Source of the DNA: Chrysomallon squamiferum
Taxonomy: Eukaryota > Animalia > Mollusca
Direction of reading: 5' to 3'
Assembly (NCBI GenBank): GCA_012295275.1
Contig: CM022673.1
Span: forward strand, 2,108,001 to 2,172,000
DNA: 64,000 bases
The position numbers and the translations under genes are program-made. Under the pieces are notes generated by a model. The model worked only from the letters and a program-made list of their open reading frames with translations, did not search any database and was not told where the DNA came from. Below, one piece after another: positions 28,701 to 43,192 of this stretch. Numbering within the stretch: position 1 is the first letter of the stretch; each line of letters begins with the position of its first letter.

Positions 28701-31700
28701 GGATCCACTGACTGACTTGTCCTGAAGTCTGAAACTGTTATTAAAATTCTGCTTGAACTTTCAGAGTTCATAGGTTCTGCTGAAAAATTAACACTGGATA
28801 CAGACGATGATGAAATGTATATTTTGTTGGTAGGAGAAACATTTCTTGAAGGACCAGGCATGTCAGTAACAAGTCCTGAAATTGATGACTCTGTGATATA
28901 AAATGATGAAGCCCACATCATAGATATTTCACTTTTATCAGTAGGAGTTTCAGAAAATGGAGACCTCTGTAGCTGTCCAGTAAATGTAGATATGTCTTGT
29001 GATTCTAGTACTTGTGATGTCCCTGTACTTAACACATTATCTGATTTAGACAATGGACCTGAATAAATGTTTTCTGTAGCAGTTGAAATTTTAGTTAATG
29101 ATGCCAATTTGTCATATCCAACAGTAGATTCCAATAAAAGAGACAAGCTTACAGATGAGCTTATTCTTGACACAGATTCATAATTAAACTTACTTTCAGT
29201 GGAACTGAAAATTTCTCTGGTTTCTCCAATTTCGAATTTTTGATTCTGTTGAAATGGAATAAGTTTTTAAATCAGAGGTAGGTAATGGTTCTTTAAATGT
29301 TGTGTAGGTTTCTAAAGTTCTTAATAAGGATTGAGATGTTTCTGCTTGTACTGAAGAGTTGGCTGGTGTTGAATAAAATTCAGAAAGTCCTGGTGACTTC
29401 ATTTCACTTGTTTCCAATTCTGAACTTAGTGTTAAGTGTGGAGTTGATGGCTTGATGCTACTGGTGATAGATACATACATTTCTAAACTTTTGTTTTCAT
29501 TAAATGGTAACAAAGTTGGGCTTTCAGAACTGAACATTTCTGCTACTTTGGACAACACTGGGGATGATGATATGTCTGTCTCTGAGATGATGGGAACTTC
29601 ACTCCTTGGTCTCTGTACAGAATCAGATAATTGTGAAACACCTAATGATGATGCCACTGGTGTTGGTGTTATCATCACCACTGGTACTGTTTGATCTGTC
29701 AATTTACCAACTGTGGTTGCTGTCAATGCTGGTAGTGATGTCATTGTCAACAGAGAATTGTAAGAACTAGATATTTCAGAATAAGGTGCTTCAACAGTTG
29801 TCAAATGTTTAAATGGAAAATCTGTAGTTGATATTACTTGTGATATTGATTTATCAAAAATACTTTGCATTTCTGAAATAGTAGATGTCAAACCACTTGA
29901 CTCATCCTTTATTGGAAATATTGTAGAATCCAAACTACTTGAAGTGGTTTGTAGTATAGCATCAGATTGCAGTGTCTTTGGTTCAAGCAAAGGTAATCCT
30001 GATGATGTTAAAAATAAATGGACAGCTGAAGAATAAACAAGTCCATTATCACTAACAGTGCTTGAAGCCAATTGTAATGGACTGGTCAGCAAATTAATAT
30101 CAGATTCTAGTATGTGTGTTGTCTTGGACTGCATATCTGAAAATCCTGTAGACCCTGAAACTGACTCCTCCTGTGAGAAATAAGAAGCATCATTTCTGTT
30201 CAAGCTGCTGAAAGAGACACCTGAATCAAGTTCCATGGATCTCGTTGGCAAAATCATACTGGACTCTAAATTCATGGTCTCCATTGTGTTAGTTAGGGAT
30301 ATCCCTTCATATGTGTATGATGACTTTTCAGATGAAGAGTACAAAACACTGGCTTCACTATCACTAATCTTAATGAAGTCTGAAGATGATAATTGACCTG
30401 CAGCAGTAGGACTAGCAGCATATGTCTCTAAACCCTCAGTGAATGAAGTACTGTAATATGTTGATTTAAGGAATGTGTTTGTCATATTTGTTCCCTGTGA
30501 TACTTTGCTCTCAGTATTTTCAAGAACACTTGAATACACAGCAGTAAAACTTGATTCCACTGGTTCAGTTGACTTTGTTGGAAGGTAAGACATTGGCACA
30601 AGAGACAGTTTGTTACTGGAATGTGAAGTCAAAGTGCTGGCATATGAAATGGTTATCACATCAACTGGACTGCTTTTATAATAAAGATTTGAAGGCACTA
30701 TGGAGAACACAGAAGTTGAAGACTGTTCTATAACAGATGATGTTTCTAAGGAACTAGCTCCTATACTAAAACTATTTCCTTGCTCAGAAACACTCTTTGA
30801 TTTTTCATAAGTAGATGAAAAATAGTATTTTCTTGAAAAAGGCATCTCTGATTCTGTTGTTTTGTACACTAGTGACAAAAAAGTATCACTAAAGGCAGAT
30901 TGTTGTGTTGCATAGGAAGACTGCAATGGACTTGGTATCACAGATATTGAGTCTGCTGCACTCTGAACTTTAGCGTTTTCAAAAGTCAAGCTTGAAGCAC
31001 TAAAAAAGGCTTGTGTAGGTGATGTGTCTGATGCATCAGTTAAAGGTGTGGGTTGCAAACTAGTCTCTAGTACACTATGTGATTCTGTTGCTGTAGTTAT
31101 TGTTCTTTGTGACCACAATAATGATTCTGAAGGCACAGATTGAAAATCTAACTCAGAGACAGTTTCACTTTCTGTTGTTAAAGGAACAGATGTTTCAGTC
31201 TGTGTTAATAATGCATTTGAAGATGAATCCTTAATGTCAATTGTAGAAAATACATCCTGGCTCATAACACCTGCAACAGAACTTAACACTGGAGTAGCAG
31301 AAAAAGTTAACACAGTAACAGTAGAAAAACGTAACAATTTTGTGTCTGATAACAACGAATTACTACTGTCTGATACTACTGTACTAGCAGAGATAAGTCC
31401 TTTGTCTTCTGATCTGTCAAATAAAGCATTTGAACTTTTTACACTAGCTGTCACAGAAAGAGAGTCTGTCATTGTTAGAACATCTAGTCTAAGATAAAGC
31501 AATGAGTTTGTTGAAAGCAAGCTGGTTGTGTCTGTGAAAGGTTTAGTGAAAGACAAAGAAGGTGTTTCCTTGTTAGCAGACTGGTCATCTGGTGTTAGTG
31601 AAGCAGTAGCTATAGAAGACTGAGATCCCAACAGAAGGACAGCATCAGAAAAGTCAGTGATGCTCTCACTTTCTACAGAATCTGCACCTGCTAAAAAGAA

Positions 31701-33516
31701 AACAGTGATTTAATTAGTAGATTTTAAGATATCATTTAAAATGTGAGTTTATTTTTTTTTTTTAAAGAAGGAAAGAAAGAATAAAAAGTTTAAATTGTTA
31801 AATTGTGTTCAAAGTACTAAATGCTAAAAAGAAAAACAGTGTTAATCAGTAACCTTCTAAACGAAGTAGAATCATAAATAATAAAAAATATAACTTTATA
31901 GTAGCTTTTTAACTTTCTACTCAAATAAAAACAGTTTTAAACAGTTAACATCTAAATTAGTACAATTTAATACTACAAAAATAATTAGTCACTTTCTAAA
32001 CACAACTATTAATTGGGTTTGTTTGTTTTTTTCAAAAAGAAAAGAAAAAAGAAGAAAAATAGTGTTGTAGCTAGGTGATACAATTTAAGAATGATTAATA
32101 TAACAGAAAAACAAATAAAATTTATTTTATTATTTTAAAGAAGAAAAAAAAAAAAATGAAGTAAAAAGATGTTTTCCTGCAAAACATACACTGATTTCAA
32201 AAGGAGCTCTTATCTGAACAAATTATTAAAGATAATAAAGAAAGAAATGTAAATAAATGTATAAAACACACAGTAAAAACTGTATTATAAAGTAATAAAA
32301 TACATGAAACAACACTTCAGTGTGACAATTTAAAATGTGCCAGCGATATATCACTGATAATTCTGAGATACACATACCAAAAGATCCCATTAAACTAGGA
32401 AACAAAATAAAAAAACCAAGTACAGGCAACATTATTTTGCCAATATTAATGGGACTTTAACAGGACTTTCTCAATCTCCTTAACATTCACATTCTCTCAA
32501 AGATCTTAAATAAAATACAGGGATTATAAAAACTATTATTTTATTCATTTTTTTTTTTTTTTAAAGTGAAAAGATACACTTTCAAATCTTATTTTAAAAA
32601 AAATTTTGTCTAATTTCCATGGAAATATAAAAGTTTTTTTTTTTTTTTTTTAAACCTATCAGATTCTTATAATCTGTCAATGATTTATATTTGAAACAGT
32701 TGAAAAAATATATCAAAACCACCAACATGTCAATACATAAACAAATATTTTTAAATTTTTTTTTTTAAAAAGTGATATTTTCAAAATAGTTTTATTTCAT
32801 TTAACCTTCATTTTACTATAAACAGTCTCACTCAAACAAGCTGTATATAATAAATGTGAATTCTTCTTATTAAACTGATATATAAAGAAACAGAGGACAA
32901 AGAATTGTGATTAAATCTGAAGGTCAGCCAGGTATGATCAGGTAAGAATATATTACTGTGTTACCTGTCTAAAGTATTCTGGTGTATTACCTGGTAAATG
33001 TAAATTGATTTGTTTTGTTGTAACATTGTCAAAATTGATGAGAAAAAAAAATGAGAAAAAGAAAGGATATTTGGGTGGAAAGTTTGTGGTATTAACTTAC
33101 ACAGATATAAATTTGTCCCCTTTTTTTCACTTTTTTATTTTTTTTTTTTTTTTTATTATTATTATTATTTTTAATATATATATAAAAGAAAAAGAAATTA
33201 TATTTTCACAATGAAGAAAACATTTTTTTTAAACTACTCATATTTTAAACTTATTTAATATTACTTTTATTTCAGAATATAGAGATTATATATCATATTT
33301 AATCAGAATAAATTTTAAATAAACTGTTATTGAAATATTTGCCAAGAACATAAATTAATCATCAGACAAACTGAAAGATGAATTTCTATTTTTATACATT
33401 TGTTCTTTTTTGTTCTTTTCTTTTTTCAGTATATATATTTTCCTGGGTTTTTTTTATTTCTTTCTTCTGATTTTTATTTCTTTATTTTATTTTATTTTAT
33501 TTACATTTTGTTAATT

Positions 33517-33551
<35 letters not shown>

Positions 33552-33622
33552 TTTTCTCTCAACTTGTTTTATTAAATTAAACAACATTTATTCTATTTTA
33601 TTTTAATTTTTTTACTTTTTAA

Positions 33623-33654
<32 letters not shown>

Positions 33655-36600
33655 ATTTATTTTATATTCTATTTTTTTTTTTTTTTTTTCACTTGAGTTT
33701 CAGTTGCTGGTGGTGAAATACAAGCTTAACTTATATTCTGTAGAAACAGCTGCATAGCTGATTTATATGTTTGTTCACAGAAAACATGTAAAGTTTGAAA
33801 TAACAATTTACACCAGAAGTCTGCATGGTTTAATCAAGATTATTAAACAAGGCAACCAAATTATTTTACAACAGGCCTGTTTAATAACTCTGTTATTACC
33901 TGGAAGTAACAAACTGCTATATTTAATGTGTTCTTGTGAAATAATCCTAAAATAACATGGCTGTCTGTAGCTGAGAAAACAAACACAGTCAGAATGTATC
34001 ACATTAAAGAGAACTCAAGTAAAGATCTCAATTATTTGTATTCTTCAAATATTGGGCATCAACAATTTGAAACATGAGGTCTGTGTCTATTTATAACAAG
34101 ATTAACGATCACTGACTGTCAACACAAAGCTCCATTCAGAGATTTATATTGATCTTATTGGAAGACATATATATTTTGATTGTACCTGCAAAGTTAATCA
34201 CACTTTGGCCAAGAAGATATTAGAAATATATTGCAGCTTTGGCTGCAACCCAGAGCTTTGCATATTGGTACAGAAAACCACAGTTAAAAAGAATTATAAG
34301 TACAGAAACAAGCTTGATTTGGATAATGAATTATATTTCATGCTAGCCTATGCTCTAAAACTACATTTGGTGACCAGTGTTTCTTTTTTATTTTCTTTCT
34401 CTCCTTGTTATAAAACTTGATAATTACCTGAATCTGAAAACTTCTTCCTTTACTATAATTATAGATTTATTGCTATAACCAGGATTATATATATGTATGT
34501 ATGTATGTATTTATATATAAGGAATTATGTTTTATGCATTAAAAGCATCAAAATATATTTGATATTTGATATGAAATTAAATATTTCAAAATATAAACAA
34601 TGTAAATGTAGATTTCTAGGTCTAAAACAAACCAGGCGCTGCTTTCAGAGAACAGTTAAAAAGAAATACATTATCTGATTCAAACTGAAACTTAAGGATT
34701 CGCTGGTTGAGAGGCTTCGTACTATCAGAGTTTTAAATGACTCCTGCTGCTGTGCGAAACCTTTGACTGGCTTCTATTAGCCAGAAAGACACAGAGTCAT
34801 TAAGAAGACCTTCACCAACAGAAATAACAAACATAATCAACCACTTTAATGAACCATTACTGTAATTCCTGATACTATGGATTTTTCTGGTAAGTTAGTT
34901 CCATAAAACAAAAAAAAACAATTACGAAGTTCTTTGACGTGAGTTACATTAACAACAAATTTACTGTTTTAGCATACATGTCTGATTGTTATTCATGACA
35001 TATGAACTACAGAATAATTATGTAGATCTTTACTAGTATCACTGACAATAATTAAAATACCATTACAATTATAATTTAAATTAACAAGTAATTACATACA
35101 CATTTTTCAATTAGTTGTGCAAAAATACATGTATACGCATGTATGCACACATGTACATTTACAAACACACACAGACATGTACACACAAAGGTTTACACAA
35201 GGATATCAATATATTATCAATACAAACATGTTTATACATACTCTTACTCACATGTTTACATACACACACCAGTACATTCTCCACAGTTTATTTTGTCTTT
35301 GCTAATGACCTTGACAACAATGATTATTCAGATGTCTTACTGTAAGGATCTACATTATTTTCTGTTAATCAGCAATCATATTAATTCTAAGCATTATTTT
35401 AAACCACTGCTTCCATACTGTATAACCATACTGTGTAATTACTAGATCAGGTATTGTCTGACCTCCTTAGACTATTATTAATATGTCTGCACCTCTTAGG
35501 ATGACAAGGGCTGGTCCAGTGGGAGTGGGGAGTGTTCTTCAGCTGAAAGAGCCTCTGGATGAACCTGAGCAGGGTGGTGTCACATGTGTGACAAGGAGTG
35601 CAAGCAAGTGTAGAATGTGCATTCACAAGTATTTTCCATTAAGAAAAGAACAGCAAGTAAATGTATTGTAAATAAGCATAATGTAATATGGGTGTAATTA
35701 TTCTTCTGTATCATATGACCAAAAAAAAATCTCAGCATATCATGCGCTATATGTTCATATATAATAACTGTTGGAATGTTTGAGGTAAAAATCATTGTAT
35801 TATGTACAAAATGACTTGAATCACACACCAAACGCCCCTCAATAGTTTAATATATATATTTTTATTAGAATACAAAAACAAAATATTGATCTTCTTTTAC
35901 ATTAAAAGTATCTCTTTCATCTAGAAAAACTGTATTTTTGATGTTGAAGTGTTTATTGATTGTGTGCTAAATGTATAGCTTAATATAAAAAAATATAAAA
36001 AATGTATATATGAGTAAAATGCAGATGTTTGATAAAAAAAAATGGTTTTAATGATTTTACTTAGGTTTTTGAAAGTGATCAATACTTGGAAGGGTATAAA
36101 CAAACACAGCCATACTGCTGCATGGATGACATTTTATGTTGCTTTGTTTGTTGAAAACACATCAATCCAGGACAGGTTAAATAATCATGGTGGATTGTTA
36201 GATAGATGGCTGGACTGGTAGATGAATGGATGGATGGATGGATGGATGGATGGATGGATGGATGGATGGGTTTATAGATGGATGAGCTTTATATTTCAAT
36301 GTCATGACAAAATGGTTCATACATGTACATACTTACATACACACACAGAGATACACTCACATATTTACCTGTATGAATAATCATAAAGAAAAAAATAGGA
36401 TATACTCTGAATCCATCATAGATATTTTTTAGAATTTATTTTTTTTTTTACAAATTCATTATTATTATCTTAAGGATTGTATAATTATGCATGTTATTTT
36501 GTCTTGATTTCTGTATTAGTCAATCTGTCTATCCTTAAGGATTTCAAAAACTGTTTTAGTACTGTTGTCTTTTTCCAATAAAATTATGAAAATACCAAAT

Positions 36601-38703
36601 AATAATAATAAAATGAAGAAAGAAAAAATGCTACTGTTCAAAATTCCCATAGATTTTCACCAAAAAAAATTTATGATCACGTTTCATCATCCACTTTCCT
36701 CATTCACTTTCTTAATGATTTCCAATCACTGTTATAAACCTATCACTGCATCTAAAAGCAAATTCATGTCAAAAGTGAGATAATTTCTTGTGTCATACAG
36801 GTCAGTCAGACTTTTAAACATCAATCTCACAAGCCAATTAGTCATCCACATTGATCAGTGATAAATTCCTGCAAACTGAGATGATTGTTATTGTTGTGTT
36901 GTGATTGTGAATTTTTAAAACTCTGCTTTGTTTTACAACAGATTTTTGTAAGTGCTGCGGCATGAGTTATTAATTTTCTCCTGTGTGCAATCAATATGGC
37001 TGCATGTTGACTTTTATAGTGGCCACCTGTTACTCCTTGACAGCAACATTAACTGGATCCAAGTCTATGCACAGTTTTCTTCATGTACGAAACTTTTAAC
37101 ATGAATTATGTTTAAACAGTTTTCAATCCTATCCTCACTCTCTGAACCAAAATAAGGAAATGTTTCACATACAATTTTAAACAGATTTCAGGCTTGTTCT
37201 CTCTCTTTTTGAATATGAATAAAGAATAGTTTATATAGTATAATTAATAAAATACTCCTCTTTTAACTGACCATTCAGATATTTCCCCTTTCATGTTAGA
37301 GTCCCCAGCTCCCTTATCAAAGGCTATCACATTTACTTTACTGTCTGTGAGAAGGTGTGTATGTAAACGATCCTTTGCTTTTTACTGATATAATGGGTTT
37401 CCTTTTCCATGCTATAGGTATGCAAGAAAACACAATAATATTATACAAATACAAATTCAAAATGTGTTAGTAAATTTCAATTTTTTTCTGAGATTAGAGA
37501 TGCTGTTGTCACGGCCTTGTTGAAAGAGGAAAGAGAATAAAGAAAACGTATAAAATGGTTTTAAACAAATAAACACACATGAAAATGAAAGTCTTCAGAA
37601 AACATGAAAATCGAACATGCACGGAGGTGAATTTCAAAAATGCATCTATGCAGCATGGCTGAAATGTAAGGGATGCATGATGTCAATAAAGTGTGCACCA
37701 ATCTGCAGCAACATCGTACTGGTACGTTACACTAAAACAACAGCTTGCAGCCAGAAGGCTTTGAAGTTAAACTGAGTTTTTGAACTTGAAAAGAATTCTC
37801 ATGTTCACTATTGATTCTGCAAAGTAAACTGAGCAGGAATATCTTTAATGATATCTTATTATTATTATTCTTATTCTTATTATTATTTTTATTATTTTTA
37901 TTATTACTATTATTGTTATTGTTATTATGGTTACTTATATTATCATCATCATTATTGATACTATCAATATTATTATTATATTACTGTTGTTGTTGCTGCT
38001 GCTACTGTTATTGTTACTAATATTTTTGGTATTATTAATAATAGTATTAGTAATATTTTTTTCATCTTTTTAACTTTTTATTATGTATTTATTTATTTAT
38101 CTATCTATTATTTGTAAGTATTATTATTATAATAATTATAATTATTATTTTTAATTATTATTTATCATTACTATTTTACTGTTATTATTATTATTAATTA
38201 CTATTACTATTTAACCTCATTACTTGCCAGGACAACTGTACACAAAAGAGAAATACATTCAGGTGTTAGAAGAAAGAAAGTATTTATTTCACCCATTAAG
38301 TAAACACATTTAGCAGACCAATTCACACAATGTGTTTACTGTCATACATGACCGGAATACCCAAATTATATTCTGTATTTTTTTTTTATATACAAATTAA
38401 ATGTTAAATGGCTTTGCTGTGAAACATTAACTGAGAAGACTATTTAATTTTAATAAACATGGACAAATTTTTTTTTTTTTCTTTTCATTTTTGGTTATAA
38501 ATTTTGGACTCTCTTTCCTCTGGTAAATTAAATGTTGAAAGCCTTTTCCTTCAAAGAAGAATATGAAATACTGGTGAATATAAAAGAACTGTTTCCATTT
38601 ATTTGAAATATGTCAAATTCGCTTTAATATTATAATTTGGAAATTTAACAAGTGAAAAGTTTAAAAAATATCATAAAAAAAGAATAAAGTATAAACCCGA
38701 ACC

Positions 38704-38742
<39 letters not shown>

Positions 38743-41366
38743 TGGCCACATAAAAGCCAACAAATAATAATAATAATAATAAGTTATAATATTAATAATA
38801 ATGATAGTAATAATAATAGCAACAACAACAACAACAACAATACCAATAATAATATAAAGTTATAATAATAATAATGATAACAATACTAATGTTAAAATAA
38901 AATAGCAACATGATGATAATAATGATAATAACAATCAACATCATTATCATCATCAACATCATCATCATCACAAAATGAGGCAGAACAGAACAATGCCTAA
39001 AGGTGCCAGCCCACCTGTACAGAGAGACATGCCAGAATTGACTTTGAACTGAACTGGGACCAAGAGTTATTGGCAAGGCACATTGGTGGCATTGTGTCTG
39101 AAGATACCTTGTATCCCTCTGTACACATCAAATACGTGGCTTGTTGAACAATCCAGAAGACACAAAATAACAACTGTCAAAAGACATGTCCAGAAACATT
39201 TCACACTACAAATACTGTGTATTATAGCAGTGTTACAGGAAAACTTAAATTTTAGAAGTTTTGAGTTTGTTAGATGATTTTTTGTTTTAAATGTTTTTGT
39301 TTGGACAGTTGTTGGTTGCCATATTTGTTTGCTTGCCTGGTTGACCAGCTGCCTTTTTGGCTAATGGCTGCTTCTTTGGTTGGTTTGACTTGTTGGTTGT
39401 TTGACTTGTTGGTTCTTTGGTTGTTTGATTTGTTGGTTGTTTGATTGGTTGGTTGTTTGACTTGTTGGTTCTTTGGTTGGTTGGTTGTTTGACTTGCTGG
39501 TTGTTTGATTTGTTGGTTGTTGATTTGTTCATTGGTCATTTGTTGTTTGTCTTGTTGGTTTGACTTGTTGGTTGTTTGATTGGTTGTTTGTTTGACTAAT
39601 GGTTGTTGTTTGACTTGTTGGTTGTTTGTTGGTTGGTTGTTTGACTTGTTGGTTTGGTTGTTTGTTAGTCTGTTGTTTGGTTGATTTGTTGGTTGTTTGA
39701 CTTGTTTGTTTGACTTGTTGTTTGTTTGACTTGTTGGTTGTTTGATTGGTTACTTGGTTACTGTTTGGTTAGTCTGTTGGTTGGTTGATTTGTTGGTTGT
39801 TTGACTTGTTTGTTTGACTTGTTGTTTGTTTGACTTGTTGGTTGTTTGACTTGTTGGTTGTTTGATTGGTTGTTTGTTTGACTTGTTGTTTGTTTGACTG
39901 GTTGGTTGCTTGACTTGTTGGTTGTTTGGTTACTTGGTTACTGTTTGGTTAGTCTGTTGGTTGCTAGCTGATTAATAATGAGCATAAAGCTAGAAAGACT
40001 GACAAACAGACAAGTAAATTTCAAAATTATTTTTCATGACTCAGACAGTATAATGTTATTGTTAAAATAAAAAGATGTGAAATTTTGTATTACTTTATAA
40101 TGTTTCACAACCTTCACACACACACACACACCTTTAATTTGATTTCAGTGCATATATAATATATATCACACTCTTATGGAGTTACAAGATGTTACATATG
40201 TAAGTATAACCCATGTCACTGTAAATTAGACATCTGTAGCTCAGGTCTGAACACCTGGCTTTCAGTGTTTAATACACACAACACACAGATAAGGAGTGGT
40301 CTGTAACTAAGAAGTACAGCACTTATCTGAGGTCAGTCACATGATTAATTCTTCCTATTCCAGACAGCACTCCAAAAATGACATTTCAAAAACAACAGTA
40401 TTTGTTATCCCTTGCTTACTAAATTTTTATTTAAAAACAAGAGAATTCTATTTTTGTCTTTCAAACTAAATTTTCAAAAATAACCCCATTATTTAATAAT
40501 TTAATTAATAATTTAATAAAAAATGTGATGAGATAGTTTACTATTGAGTAAAAGAACAAACAAAAAAAAGATTCACACTGGGTAATACATTATAATGTTC
40601 TCTACACCAATGATACATTTTAAATGAACTGTTTAAATTACAAACATGTGGCTGCTATAAACCAGTATGAAAGGAAGCTGATATGTGTACAAAATGTTTG
40701 AGAAAACAGTGCACCAACTGTGATAGACTAAATCCATTTTAGTCATTAACACTTTGCAAAAACTAAACTGTTTCAATCAACATACAGCTTAGTTCAAATT
40801 TTCACCACATCTTGAAACAATCAAGGTATATTCACAACAGATATATATTTTCAACATCCTAATCAGGAAAGATTTTTTCACCAAACTGTTTAAACATGAA
40901 AATGTGTATTTATCTTTTTACTTTACAACAGAGGTGATTAAGAAATAACACAAATATATACACATGTAATCTTCTTTTCCAGCTTTACTTTGTGTGTTCG
41001 TGACAACATGCCAGTACATGACGACAGTTGATAAGCTTCATTTATTATTAAAACAAAATAGCTGTAGATACTCAGTGTTTGTACAAGCACTAATCGTGTA
41101 AGTGCTCATCTGATTTTACGATCTCTGGTTTATTAGTTGTTTAATCACACACACATGCCAAATGATCTGTAAACTACATAATGTATTATGTATTATGTGT
41201 AATGTATTATGTATTATGTGTAATGTATTATGTACTATGTGTAATGCAGAAGAGTAAGAAAGGTTTGAATGGGTGGACTAAGTAAATGTTTTTGACATAA
41301 AACACAGAATATGTTTGTTCTAGCTGTTTCTTTTTATATTATACTGACTTAACAGATGTCACAGCA

Positions 41367-41420
<54 letters not shown>

Positions 41421-41795
41421 GTTTTTATTAATCAAATTTTATTTAGTTCTGGATATCAAAAAACTAATAACATACATTGCAGAACCCAGCATATTGAAAA
41501 ATCTGACATTTTATATTTATCTTATGGGAAAAAATGTAACCTTTAAAAAATGTATTTATTTGATTTGTCCAAATTTTATTTAAATGTGTTTTTCAAAACT
41601 GCAATAACAGCGTAATATATATTTTAATATAAATTGAATTCTACACAGCAAATACGTTAATTATTTTTAGAGATGGACTGAATTGAATGTTGTTAAAGAT
41701 ACTGGCTATGCATTCTGCAATATAACTGAGGTCTTACAGAAAACATATATGTAATAAAAATGATGAATTTTTAAATGGTAGACCACACACATCTG

Positions 41796-41872
<77 letters not shown>

Positions 41873-43112
41873 CTATGTATATATATATATTATTTCACAA
41901 TATTTTAATAATTAGGGTAACATTATTTTAATATAATAGTATATACTGATATTTATACATATATATATATATATTAGTTCCAGAATAAGTATAATCATTG
42001 CTACAGAGTAAGTCAAAGTTATAAATAAAAAGTATATCACAAATTAAATTTATTTTCTCATTTATTCCTCTTCGTTTTAAAATAATAATAATAATAATAA
42101 TAATAATAATCATAATAATAAAAAAATAATAAACATTAAAACAATTCTTTAAAAAAAAAAAAATAATAAATCTTAAGCACGTATTAGCCTAGTGCTTGTA
42201 AATAAAATATCTCTTCATGCCTGTACACACAAAACATGACCTAGTTACTATAAAAAGACATTTCAATAGATTTATAATACTGTTTATTCAGTTCATGGTG
42301 TCTGACAGGTCATACACAAAATTATCTCTAGAAACATTCCTCACAGTTTTAATTCACTAAGTATTACAAAGTATAATCACCCTGACAACCATTGTCAAAA
42401 GCGTCTATGCTCTTAGCAACCTGTAATTAACATTTGGTTAGAATTAGACAGTAAGGAAAATCACAGGAATTTTTGAAAGCTGTGACAAATTATTTGTTAT
42501 GTCAGATGTTTCTTCATAATGCAGTTTATATATATTTATATATATTTATACATATTTATATTGTAGGAAAAAACACAAAATGTCAGGTTTTTTCAATTTA
42601 GGCAATCACTGGAGTTTTGAATTTCATAACCATATAAATTATGGATCACAATCTTTTTTATTTTAATATTTTATTAAGGCACATAATAAAGTGATAAATA
42701 ATATTTGGTTATATACGAAAAATAAAACCTTTTATCATATTTATTTATTTATTTATTTCAAAACATTCTGAACGAATTGATTTTCATTGAAATAAAACCC
42801 CAATCTCAGGTGTTTCAATCTAATGGGTTCTGTTATTAATATCTTGATATACAGAACAAAACAAAATCTGGTTAATAAAAAAAAAAAAAAAATGTATAAA
42901 TTCTTAAAGAAATGTGTCTGAAATTATTTTAACATAATAGGATCTAGACAAATTAGTGTTTTTGTGATAAAAATAAGTGATAGATTATTATTTTTTATAC
43001 TAATCATTTTACTCAGACATTAGTATAGACTATAGTATTCAAATGATTTACAGGTATTTATTAAATTTTTTGAAAAAATATACATCCATTATTTAAGATC
43101 TGGTAGTTTTTT

Positions 43113-43192
<80 letters not shown>

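Noticed and set aside
29225-29245. Programmed +1 ribosomal frameshift signal
   Set aside because: No stop codon directly at the shift site and no shared slippery motif among the three indels; sequencing error is more parsimonious
34690-34800. Hammerhead ribozyme (contains CGAAAC)
   Set aside because: No CTGANGA core on either strand in the right context
35483-35671. 62-aa plus-strand ORF, and a TGA-rich alternative frame suggesting a selenoprotein
   Set aside because: No recognisable homology, no phase-compatible open exon chain, no SECIS identified
39270-39539. Q/N/T-rich ORFs
   Set aside because: Translations of the G/T minisatellite
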